DNA of 64,000 bases from Gemmatimonadota bacterium (GTDB lineage: Bacteria > Gemmatimonadota > Gemmatimonadetes > Gemmatimonadales > GWC2-71-9): positions 24,690 through 88,689 of the forward strand of contig JANLPG010000129.1 in assembly GCA_031367105.1 (NCBI GenBank), written 5' to 3'. The notes below the pieces were generated by a model. The model was not told the DNA's origin, did not search any database, and saw only the letters and a list, made by a program, of their open reading frames with translations. Positions within the stretch are counted from its first letter, which is position 1. Each line of letters begins with the position of its first letter. Below are positions 9,288 to 17,113 of this stretch, piece by piece. Made by a program: the position numbers and the translations under genes.

Positions 9288-9610
9288 CAGCAGACCCCGC
9301 AACAGCCGGCGATCAGGTGGACGGTGACCTCCAGCCCGGCCTCCCCGGCCGTAACGGCGTGGAGGACGTTCGGGTCGACCTGCACCCGATCGCCGGTCGC
9401 GAGGGGCGCTGCTGTTCCATCCGAGATGGTGCAGCTGCCCGAGCCTCGCGTCACGGTGATCAGGATGCGCGACGCGTTCCGGTGCGCTGGCAACTCCTGC
9501 CAGGGATCGAAGGTGATCGTGAAATGGCGGCCATCCGAATCGTCGCTGACGTCCGAAACGATCGGACGGCCAGCGGACGGTGAGATGGGAACTTCGGCGG
9601 ATGGCAGCAT
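9287..9610 (-). CDS. cupin-fold protein with Cys-rich C-terminus (AGCCGVC)
   Basis: The ATG at 9610 has GGAG 7 nt upstream. The small beta-rich sequence (ILITVTRGSGSCTISDG...GDRVQVDPNVLHAV) looks like a single cupin barrel. The terminal CCGVC is visible in the translation. Confidence 0.6.
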   Translation of the reverse strand: MLPSAEVPISPSAGRPIVSDVSDDSDGRHFTITFDPWQELPAHRNASRILITVTRGSGSCTISDGTAAPLATGDRVQVDPNVLHAVTAGEAGLEVTVHLIAGCCGVC

Positions 9611-9663
9611 CGGGTGCTCCAGTAAGGGTCGCCCCAATCGTCGCCGGAGGCCCCCGCCCGTGC

Positions 9664-9679
9664 CGTGACGCTTGTCACA
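9664..9679. promoter_or_regulatory. CGTGA-N6-TCACA palindrome in the divergent cupin / crp-fnr intergenic region
   Basis: The sequence CGTGACGCTTGTCACA lies 28 nt upstream of the regulator ATG (9707) and 54 nt upstream of the cupin ATG (9610). It shares 14 of 16 positions with the 8827-8842 element. Confidence 0.5.
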
Positions 9680-9706
9680 GAGCGGTTCCCGCGCTTCATT
9701 CGCTGT

Positions 9707-10405
9707 ATGCCATCGCTCGTCGCCGTCCTGCAGCAGATCCCGATCTTTGCCGAACTGGAGCAGCGTGTCGTGGCCCAGCTCGCCGCGCGCTGCGTGCCGC
9801 GAACCGTCGGTGAGGGGTTCACGCTCTTTCGTGCGGGAGAGCGCTGCGCGGGGTTGTACGTCGTGCTGGAGGGGCGGGTGCGGGTCTATCGGTCGTCACC
9901 CGATGGCCGCGAGCAGACGGTGGCGGTGGAGGGGGCCGGTCGCCCGGTGGCGGAGTTACCACTCTTCGACGGGGGCCCCTACCCAGCGAGCGCCGTGACG
10001 ATGACACCGAGTCAGCTGGTGTTCCTCCCGCGCGGTGAGTTTGAGCACGCCTTCCGCGCCGATCCCGATGTCGCCGCGGCCGTGGTGCGCTCGCTCGGCG
10101 GGCGATTGCGTCACCTGGTGCAATTGCTCGAGACGGTGGCGTTCCGGGATGTCGCCGCACGGCTGGCAATGCTGCTGGCCGACTACGCCGACCAGACCGG
10201 AGCAGCTCAGGGCGACGGCGTGGCGTTCGAGTTGGATCGGACGCAGGAAGAACTCGCTGCCGAAATCGGCACGGCGCGGGAATCGGTCTCGCGGGCGCTC
10301 AAGCAGCTGACCACCCGCGGGCTGATCCGGAATCGGGCCGGCAACCGCTTTCTGGTGGCTCCCAGCGAACAGTTGCGCGCCTGGGCCCGCACCGGTGGGA
10401 TGTGA
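9707..10405 (+). CDS. Crp/Fnr family transcriptional regulator (no FNR-type N-terminal Cys cluster; Dnr/NnrR-like by context)
   Basis: cNMP-binding-like barrel (FRAGERCAGLYVVLEGRVRVY) and a C-terminal HTH (TQEELAAEIGTARESVSRALKQL). ATG at 9707; the track ORF begins at 9665. Confidence 0.85.
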   Translation: MPSLVAVLQQIPIFAELEQRVVAQLAARCVPRTVGEGFTLFRAGERCAGLYVVLEGRVRVYRSSPDGREQTVAVEGAGRPVAELPLFDGGPYPASAVTMTPSQLVFLPRGEFEHAFRADPDVAAAVVRSLGGRLRHLVQLLETVAFRDVAARLAMLLADYADQTGAAQGDGVAFELDRTQEELAAEIGTARESVSRALKQLTTRGLIRNRAGNRFLVAPSEQLRAWARTGGM

Positions 10406-10451
10406 GACATCCGTCACAGCGGGCCGGCGGCACAGCCGACATCATTGCTCC

Positions 10452-11003
10452 ATGAGCACCGTCAATCAGATGGTCGACACGCCGCTGCCGGAGTTCGATC
10501 CCGCGCGAATCATCGAGCTCGATGTGCGCGAGTTGCTGCGCAGCGGCGGCGAGCCCCGCAGCCAGATTATCGCGGCCGCCGACGCCCTGCCCAAGGGCTA
10601 TGTCCTGCATCTCCGGACCACCTTCCGCCCCGAGCCACTCCTCAAGCTGATGCACCAGCGAGGGTTCCACTTTCATACTGCGGACTTTGGCGAGTCGGAC
10701 TGGTCCAGCTGGTTCTGGCGCACGGCCCCGCCTCCCACCGCGACCCGTCCCGGCAGCGGGAGCGGCATCGACCGCGAAGGCGCCGAGGACTACCGCCTGC
10801 TACCACCGCCGGAACCGCTGCTCCGCATCCTCGCGCGGATCAGCGCCGAAACGGCGCCGTTCGATGTCCTGCTGCCGTTCTATCCGGAGCCGTTGATCGC
10901 CCTGCTCCGCGACGAGCCGTGGTCGCTGGAGTTGGTGGCGGAGGCCTCTGATGGCGTGCGGGTGCGCTTGACGCCACGATCCGACCCGCCGTCGGAGGCG
11001 TAA
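10452..11003 (+). CDS. tandem DUF2249 domain protein
   Basis: Two repeats fit the DUF2249 pattern: LDVRELL...PKGYVLHLRTTFRPEPLLKLM...W and LPPPEPLLRILARI...FDVLLPFYPEPLIALL...W. ATG at 10452 (MSTVNQ). Confidence 0.65.
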   Translation: MSTVNQMVDTPLPEFDPARIIELDVRELLRSGGEPRSQIIAAADALPKGYVLHLRTTFRPEPLLKLMHQRGFHFHTADFGESDWSSWFWRTAPPPTATRPGSGSGIDREGAEDYRLLPPPEPLLRILARISAETAPFDVLLPFYPEPLIALLRDEPWSLELVAEASDGVRVRLTPRSDPPSEA

Positions 11004-11047
11004 CGAGCCAGCGGCGGACACCGCTTTCGCGAGTTCCGCCGCCCGAG

Positions 11048-11118
<71 letters not shown>

Positions 11119-11199
11119 AACGGCCGGGATTCTACCCCCGATCGGGGCCAGCGGCAATGCGCGATGCCAGCCGATCCTCACCCCGCGCCAGAAGCCGAA

Positions 11200-12231
11200 T
11201 CAGTTATCGAGCAGCTCCCCGAATGCCTTCAGCGGCCCCACTCGGTCGGCCACCACCTTCACCAGCACCGTCAGCGGTACCGCCAGCACCGCGCCGGTGA
11301 TCCCCCAGACCCAACCCCAGAAAAGCAGGCCGATGAAGATCGCCACCGGATTGAGCGGCAGCCGGCGACCAAGCAGCATCGGCGTGGCGATGTTGCTCTC
11401 GATCATATTGATCACAAAGAAGGCGCCCATCGCAAGTAGCGGTTCTCGAGTCGTATCGAACGTCACCAGGCCAGCCAGCCCGATCACCAGCAGCGTGACG
11501 ACCGCTCCGATGTACGGGATGAAGTTGAGCACCGCCGCCACGACAGCCCACAGCGCTGGATTGGGAAAGTCGATCAGGACGAGGGCACCCCAGGTGAGCA
11601 GGCCGACTCCCGCATTGATCACCGTGCTGAGGAGGAGGAAATGAGACATCCGCGCCTGCATCTCGACAATGGCGGCCGCCATTTCGCGGCGATGTCGCTC
11701 CGGCAGCATATCGGCAAATTTTTCCCGAAAGCGATCACCGCTCGCGAGCAGGAAATACGTCAGGAAGATCACCGTCATCAGGGCGCCGAGCAGGCTCAGC
11801 GTGGTGCCCGAGAGCTTGCTCAGCAGGCCGGCCGGCGCCACCGTCACCGAGGGCGCTGGCGCGCTCCCACCCACCACTCCGCCCTGGGTGACTTGCTGCA
11901 CCTTCTCTGCCGTCTGCTGCAGCTGCTGGAGCGGCTTGGCGAGTCGCCGGATCTTCCGCTCGATCTGCCCCAGCGATTTGGGAGCGCGATCGAGCCAGTC
12001 CGCCGCAGGTGAGGCGAGCAACCCGAGCGAGGTGACCCCCACCGCTGTGACGCCCAATACAATCAGTCCGGCCGCCAGCGCCGCCGGCACGCGGCGGCGA
12101 ACCAGCCAACGCACCGTCGGCGCCAGCAGCAGCGCCATCAGCCCCGAGACCGCGACCGGGAGGAGGAAGGAACTGCCGAGACGGAGCGCCGCGACAACGA
12201 GCAGGAGGAAGATGCCGATAACAGGAGTCAC
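11200..12231 (-). CDS. AI-2E family transporter (PerM/UPF0118)
   Basis: 343 aa with about 8 TM helices. The overall layout and C-terminal region (FLLLSTVINAGVGLLTW...LNFIPYIGAVV...LFWGWVWGITGAVLAVPLT) are typical of the AI-2E family. Confidence 0.8.
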   Translation of the reverse strand: MTPVIGIFLLLVVAALRLGSSFLLPVAVSGLMALLLAPTVRWLVRRRVPAALAAGLIVLGVTAVGVTSLGLLASPAADWLDRAPKSLGQIERKIRRLAKPLQQLQQTAEKVQQVTQGGVVGGSAPAPSVTVAPAGLLSKLSGTTLSLLGALMTVIFLTYFLLASGDRFREKFADMLPERHRREMAAAIVEMQARMSHFLLLSTVINAGVGLLTWGALVLIDFPNPALWAVVAAVLNFIPYIGAVVTLLVIGLAGLVTFDTTREPLLAMGAFFVINMIESNIATPMLLGRRLPLNPVAIFIGLLFWGWVWGITGAVLAVPLTVLVKVVADRVGPLKAFGELLDN

Positions 12232-12306
12232 GTGAGTTACCTCGGAGGAAAACCGCGATCGGCAAAGCTACTCCCCCGGTGCGGCCCCGGGGCGCGATGT
12301 ACCGCG

Positions 12307-13101
12307 TCAGGCGTGGGCGAGACCCCGATTCCGAGACGTCCCACGATAAAACACCACCGCCGTCGCGATCCAGAGCGGCAAGTCGCCGATCAGCTTCATC
12401 ACCAATCCGGCGAGCTGGATGTCTTCGTTGGCTGTAAAGTGTGCTGACACGCGCGGTGCCAGTTCGTAGAGCCGGTAGATCGGCCAGTCGGAGAACACCA
12501 TCATCATTGCGGGGATCGTCGGCACCACGGTCGCACCGAAGAGATATCCCATCATCCCGAAGACGCCCAGTCGGACCAGGCCGGCTGGTGCCAGAATCGG
12601 CCACCAGAGAAAGCAGCCCGCCACCAGCCAGGCAATGTCGATCGCGAAGGACCCCAGTTGGGTCGTCATCGCCGCATCGACCACCGACGGAAAATGCGTT
12701 GTCAGCACCAGGAGGTTATAGGCCAGCAATCCCGGCAGTGCCCCCGCGAAGAAGTGCAGCAGCCGGGAGCGGCGGGATCCCGCGGGAGCCAGCCGCTGCC
12801 AGCCATCGGCCGGTATGCTCCGCAGCAGCGATGGCGCCACCAGCAACGTGAGGGTCAGGAATTGCACCGTGTGCACGCTGGCCAGGTACCCTGCCCCAAG
12901 CTTGCCGACCGGCCAGTCGAGCGTCAGCAACAAGCCGACCCACGCGACTGCGAACCAGGCCGTCGGCCGACGCGACCAGCGTTGCCGGCGCCCCAGGATC
13001 CACCAGAACCCGCCGAGCAACAGGAGGAGGAGGTGCACCCCAGGATACCACTGCCAGTTCCAGTTCCACGGGAGTCCTGTTGCGGCGCACCACCACTGCA
13101 T
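12307..13101 (-). CDS. cytochrome c oxidase assembly factor CtaG (Bacillus caa3-CtaG type)
   Basis: 264 aa with about 7 TM helices, Trp-rich, and adjacent to Sco. It resembles the Caa3_CtaG family by eye (WPVGKLG...HTVQFLTL...FLWWPIL). Confidence 0.6.
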   Translation of the reverse strand: MQWWCAATGLPWNWNWQWYPGVHLLLLLLGGFWWILGRRQRWSRRPTAWFAVAWVGLLLTLDWPVGKLGAGYLASVHTVQFLTLTLLVAPSLLRSIPADGWQRLAPAGSRRSRLLHFFAGALPGLLAYNLLVLTTHFPSVVDAAMTTQLGSFAIDIAWLVAGCFLWWPILAPAGLVRLGVFGMMGYLFGATVVPTIPAMMMVFSDWPIYRLYELAPRVSAHFTANEDIQLAGLVMKLIGDLPLWIATAVVFYRGTSRNRGLAHA

Positions 13102-13186
13102 CGCTAGTTCGCTCCGCCAACGACATCGCTCCGCGCCGCTCCGACGACGCGACCCCTGGCTGCGGACTCGAGCGGGATTGAGTTAC

Positions 13187-13825
13187 TCACGGCGAGCGAC
13201 CGTACGCGACCAGCGCCGGAAGATCGTGCGCCCAGTCGCGCTGCCGGGTCCCGAACGGATACACCACTCGGCCCCGGCCATCGCGCGTGTAGGCGATGAC
13301 CGTGGCCGCGTGCCCCACACCATATCCCCCGCTGGCGTCACGCACGGAGTCACGCTCGGCGGGGAGGAGTTTCACCATCGCCTGTGCCGCTGCGAGCACC
13401 GAGTCGGAGGCGGTAAGCCCGATAAATGCCGGGCTGAATCCCTTCACCCAGTGGTCGAGCACCGACAGCGAATCGCGCGCCGGGTCGGTGGTCACGAAAA
13501 TCACCAGCACGTCGCGCTGGATCTCGTCGGGAAGTTTGTCGAGCACCGCAGCGATGTTCGCCAGGTGCACCGGGCAGATGTCGGGACAATGCGTGTATCC
13601 GAAGAACAGCAGTGTCACCTTTCCGGCCGTCTTCGCAACGAAAGGAAAGGGCGCCCCCTTCGAGTCGGTAAACGTGAAGTCGGGCTTGGCCACCGGCGTG
13701 GGCAATTCGGCGCCGAAAAATCCGCCAGGCGAAAGCGCTCGCTGCTCCCCCCCCCTGCACCCGGCCGCCGCGGCAAGCAAGCCAGCGGCGGGTACGACCA
13801 GCAGGGTCTTCAACAGCATCGTCAC
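13187..13825 (-). CDS. SCO1/SenC copper chaperone / thiol-disulfide oxidoreductase
   Basis: Thioredoxin fold with the diagnostic FGYTHCPDICP motif and a downstream His. The leader is lipoprotein-like (LLAAAAGC). Confidence 0.85.
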   Translation of the reverse strand: MTMLLKTLLVVPAAGLLAAAAGCRGGEQRALSPGGFFGAELPTPVAKPDFTFTDSKGAPFPFVAKTAGKVTLLFFGYTHCPDICPVHLANIAAVLDKLPDEIQRDVLVIFVTTDPARDSLSVLDHWVKGFSPAFIGLTASDSVLAAAQAMVKLLPAERDSVRDASGGYGVGHAATVIAYTRDGRGRVVYPFGTRQRDWAHDLPALVAYGRSP

Positions 13826-13874
13826 ACGATCTCGCAGGGTCAGGGTTCCGGTCCGTCCGTGGAGCCGTCAGTGG

Positions 13875-14285
13875 CTACTGTTCCAACACCTTGACGGAAT
13901 CCACATAATAGGCCGTCTCGCCGAAGCAGGTCGTCGGCACGCCCCGATGCTCGGCGTACTGCAGCACGACCCGTCGGCCGAGCCCGGCTGCGACCTGCTT
14001 CGCGACGGCCGCATCACGCACCGTAAAATTCCACAGCGTCGGCGCGACTCCTGGCACCGTGGTCATCGCGAGCTCGCCCTCCCACGTCTTGCAAACCCAG
14101 CCCTTGCGGGAAAACTTCTGGAGGATCCCTGCCCGGTCGCCCTCGGAGTATGACCAGTCAAGCGCCATCCCGACATAGATCGAGAAGAGCAGCACTGGCA
14201 CAACGACCACCGCCAAGGCGATCAAAAGCGGGCGACGCCGCCGGGGCGTCGGGGTTGGCTCGGAACTCGGGGTCAGGTCGGTCAC
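13875..14285 (-). CDS. membrane-anchored hypothetical protein
   Basis: 136 aa with good G/C third-position bias. A single N-terminal TM (LLIALAVVVVPVLLFSIYVGMAL) is followed by a soluble domain containing two Cys. No family recognised. Confidence 0.5.
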   Translation of the reverse strand: MTDLTPSSEPTPTPRRRRPLLIALAVVVVPVLLFSIYVGMALDWSYSEGDRAGILQKFSRKGWVCKTWEGELAMTTVPGVAPTLWNFTVRDAAVAKQVAAGLGRRVVLQYAEHRGVPTTCFGETAYYVDSVKVLEQ

Positions 14286-14317
14286 CGGCTGCTCACGAAG
14301 AAAAGGTCGAGTGAAGT

Positions 14318-15889
14318 TTAGCGCACCGCGCGGGCACTCGTCGAGAAGACGAACCCTTTGCCCACGACAAAAACCCAGCCCGCTGGTTGCCGGTCCGACG
14401 CGAACCGTCGCACCAGATCCAACCGGCTCGCGCCATCATCTGGCGCCCGGGACGGACCGAGTCGGAGGCCGACACCGGCATCCCAGCCGGTGCGCCGTGG
14501 TGTACCGCGGTACCAAGCCCCGCCGTAGTCAACGAACGTCGCCAATCCCACCCCGGTGACCTTCGCCAGTTCCTTGAAGGCGGTATAGCGGTATTCGATC
14601 GTCCCGAAAAACTGGCGGTCGCCGGTAAAGGCGTGCTCCCGAAATCCCCGAGGGCCGGCGCCGAGGCCGAGATCATATTCGCTGCCCACCACCGGGTTCC
14701 GGAGCATCCCGCCCTCGGCGTGGAAGAGGAACTGGTGCCGCGCTGAGGGCAGCAGTGCGGCAGTCGCCGCCAGCTGCACCTGACCGGAATCGAGGCCGTT
14801 GCCGGTGAACAGCCCGGCGGCGATGAAATCGGCGGTGAGGAAGCCCCCGGGGAGGCGAGTGCCAGTATGGGCTCCCACACCGGGAGCGATGCCGTTTTCG
14901 GCGTACCCGAAGGCAGTTGGCGCCGCGAAGAGCGAGAGCCGCACCACCGAGCTCAGGTCGACATCCTCAGGCCGACCGAACGACTGATATCCACGCACCA
15001 CCAGGTAGTCGGCGCGGCGCAACTCGACGTATCCGCCCACTGCCGCCGTCACTGAACGGGTCGGGATCCGGTCGACATCATACCGGCGCTGGGTCGCGAA
15101 ATCGTCGCGCCGCACCTGCGCCACCGCCCCGACTCGCAGATAGCCGCGTGACGAGGCCGACAGCGCGCGACTCACATCGAGTCGGGTGAGCAGGTAGCGC
15201 CGCTGGAAGGTGTCGCTCGGCGCCGCAAATCCGTCGCGAAAGGTGAAGATCCGCTCGCGCCGGGTATCGAACTCGAGGTAGGCACCGCTCCGCGTGGCCA
15301 GCGAAAAGTAGGGCTTGCTGATCACGGTGGAGAGCAACTTGCCATCGGAGCGATTGGCGTAGACCAGATTGATGCCGACCGAATTGGCCAGCAGTCGTTG
15401 CTTCCGGAACTGAAGGATCGTGCTGGTGCGGTCGGGATCCTTCTTGTACAGCAACTGCGTCTGGGTCAGTGTGCCGAGGAGGTTGTCCTCGATCAGCGCC
15501 AGGGTGTATGCCACCGAACCGCCGGTCGACTTGAAGCGGAAGTCGGGGCGGGTACTCCAACCGTCGCGCGTGAAGACCTGCATCGTGAGGCCGGAATCGG
15601 TGCGGACCGAGTCGACGCGCACGGTACTGAAGACGCCAAGCCGACGGAGATTGCGGGCCGTTTCGGCCGACAGTGCCGCGTCGAAGCGGTCGCCGCGCTG
15701 GAATAACAGTTCACGCCGGATCAGCGGCGCCCGCGTCGGGACGTGCAACGCGTTGATGATGCGAATCCCGAAGAAGGACCCCTCGGAGGCGTCGAAAATA
15801 TTGCGACGGTCGAGGGTGATCGCGGTGATGACGCGGGAGCTGTCCGGCGACGCCTGTGCCATCACCGGCAGCGGTGTCAGCAAGGCCAT
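14318..15889 (-). CDS. Omp85/BamA-family outer membrane protein (single POTRA-like region plus surface-antigen barrel)
   Basis: The C-terminal barrel ends ...GWVFVVGKGFVFS. A POTRA-like segment (ITLDRRNIFD...LLFQRGDRFD) is present. The likely start is the Met of MALLTPLPVMAQA at 15889. The upstream 130 codons of the track ORF are Arg/Pro-rich and collide with the ORF at 15934-16197. Confidence 0.7.
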   Translation of the reverse strand: MALLTPLPVMAQASPDSSRVITAITLDRRNIFDASEGSFFGIRIINALHVPTRAPLIRRELLFQRGDRFDAALSAETARNLRRLGVFSTVRVDSVRTDSGLTMQVFTRDGWSTRPDFRFKSTGGSVAYTLALIEDNLLGTLTQTQLLYKKDPDRTSTILQFRKQRLLANSVGINLVYANRSDGKLLSTVISKPYFSLATRSGAYLEFDTRRERIFTFRDGFAAPSDTFQRRYLLTRLDVSRALSASSRGYLRVGAVAQVRRDDFATQRRYDVDRIPTRSVTAAVGGYVELRRADYLVVRGYQSFGRPEDVDLSSVVRLSLFAAPTAFGYAENGIAPGVGAHTGTRLPGGFLTADFIAAGLFTGNGLDSGQVQLAATAALLPSARHQFLFHAEGGMLRNPVVGSEYDLGLGAGPRGFREHAFTGDRQFFGTIEYRYTAFKELAKVTGVGLATFVDYGGAWYRGTPRRTGWDAGVGLRLGPSRAPDDGASRLDLVRRFASDRQPAGWVFVVGKGFVFSTSARAVR

Positions 15890-15933
15890 CACGAGGTAGT
15901 GGGGAAGCACACGGACCGGCGTCGGCACCAGCG

Positions 15934-16197
15934 TCAGCTCAGACTCTCCAGCAGGCGCCAGAGCTCGAGGGGGGAGAATTCGGCGAAGCGGCTCTTCAGG
16001 TCGGGGACGCTCCACTCGCGAAAGATCCACGACGAGGAGCGCCGGACGTCGCCGGCGACGAAGTGGACCCGTCCGGCGATGACCGGTCCGTCCTGCCGTG
16101 TCTCGAGATGCACCGACCACGTCGTCCCCCCACGGGCGAGGTCGCCCATATGGTCGGCGTTGCTGAGGTCGATGGTGTCGGACGGCGGAGTGGTCAT
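15934..16197 (-). CDS. hypothetical 87-aa protein
   Basis: ATG start, consistently G/C-ending codons and a non-repetitive, balanced composition. It occupies the space between the Omp85 gene and the divergent zinc-ribbon gene. Confidence 0.45.
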   Translation of the reverse strand: MTTPPSDTIDLSNADHMGDLARGGTTWSVHLETRQDGPVIAGRVHFVAGDVRRSSSWIFREWSVPDLKSRFAEFSPLELWRLLESLS

Positions 16198-16291
16198 CGG
16201 GGCCAGTGCTGAGGACTCCCAAGGGTAGCAACGCTCCCCGGCCTGCGCCAGCAGGGAACGCTATATTGGGCCGCATACCTCAGGAGACTCC

Positions 16292-17113
16292 GTGAGCCAG
16301 AACGCCCCGACTACCTGCCCCCGCTGCGGCGCCACCTCGCAGGGAAACTTTTGCGGCTCCTGCGGCACCGCGCTGGGGCCTCGCCCCTGCACCGGCTGCG
16401 GGACCACACTAGCTCCCGGGGCCCGGTTCTGCGCCAGCTGCGGCACCGCCGTCCCCGGTGAGACTGCCCCGGCCGGCGGCGGCCTGGCTCCGTCCCTGAT
16501 CGGAGCCCGGACCAGCAGCCCGACCCCGTGGATCGTCGCGGGGATCCTCTGCGTCGTGGCCATCGGGAGCATCGTCTACTCAGCTCGGAGCGGCAACGAG
16601 CCGACCGGCGCGAATATGCCGAACGCCGGAAATGCGAGGGGTGTCGGCGCTGCCGACTCCACCCCCGCCACTCGTGCCCCCGATATCTCGAATATGACCC
16701 CGCGGGAACGCTTCACCCGGCTGGCCGACCGGATCCAGACGGCGATCGAGGCACGCGACTCCAATCAGGTCTTCCAGTTTTTCCCGATGGCCGAGGGCGC
16801 CTTCACCCAACTCCCAGCAGCCGACCGCGACGTCGACGCGCGCTACCATATGGGAATGCTGTGGGCACAGGTCGGTGACTTCGTCAAGGCGAAGGGTCAG
16901 GCCGACTCGCTGATGAAGGCCGCTCCCGGAAACCTCTTCGGCTCCTATCTCTACGCGATGATCGCCGAATTTCGGGGCGATTCGGTCAATGCGAAGCAGT
17001 ACCGGGCCGATTTCCGCGACCACTACGATGCGGAGATGAAGTCCGGCCGCGTGGAGTACAAGGAACACGCGCCATTTCTCGAACAGTTCCGCAAGGGCGC
17101 CGGAGCGAAGTAA
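16292..17113 (+). CDS. double zinc-ribbon membrane protein with helical-repeat C-terminal domain
   Basis: Four CxxC pairs (CPRCG...CGSCG...CTGCG...CASCG), then one TM (IVAGILCVVAIGSIVY), then a helical domain. Its stop overlaps the next start (TAATG). Confidence 0.6.
   Translation: MSQNAPTTCPRCGATSQGNFCGSCGTALGPRPCTGCGTTLAPGARFCASCGTAVPGETAPAGGGLAPSLIGARTSSPTPWIVAGILCVVAIGSIVYSARSGNEPTGANMPNAGNARGVGAADSTPATRAPDISNMTPRERFTRLADRIQTAIEARDSNQVFQFFPMAEGAFTQLPAADRDVDARYHMGMLWAQVGDFVKAKGQADSLMKAAPGNLFGSYLYAMIAEFRGDSVNAKQYRADFRDHYDAEMKSGRVEYKEHAPFLEQFRKGAGAK

Noticed and set aside
10401-10418. TGTGA-N8-TCACA as a third operator of the Crp/Fnr regulator.
   Set aside because: Its spacing differs from the two N6 sites, and it overlaps the regulator's own stop region. 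It is kept only as a remark within the DUF2249 finding.
11119-11199. An integrase gene or att repeat next to tRNA-Cys that would define a genomic island.
   Set aside because: No integrase-like ORF lies on either side, and I noticed no duplicated tRNA 3' segment. The idea is kept only as a low-interest hypothesis.
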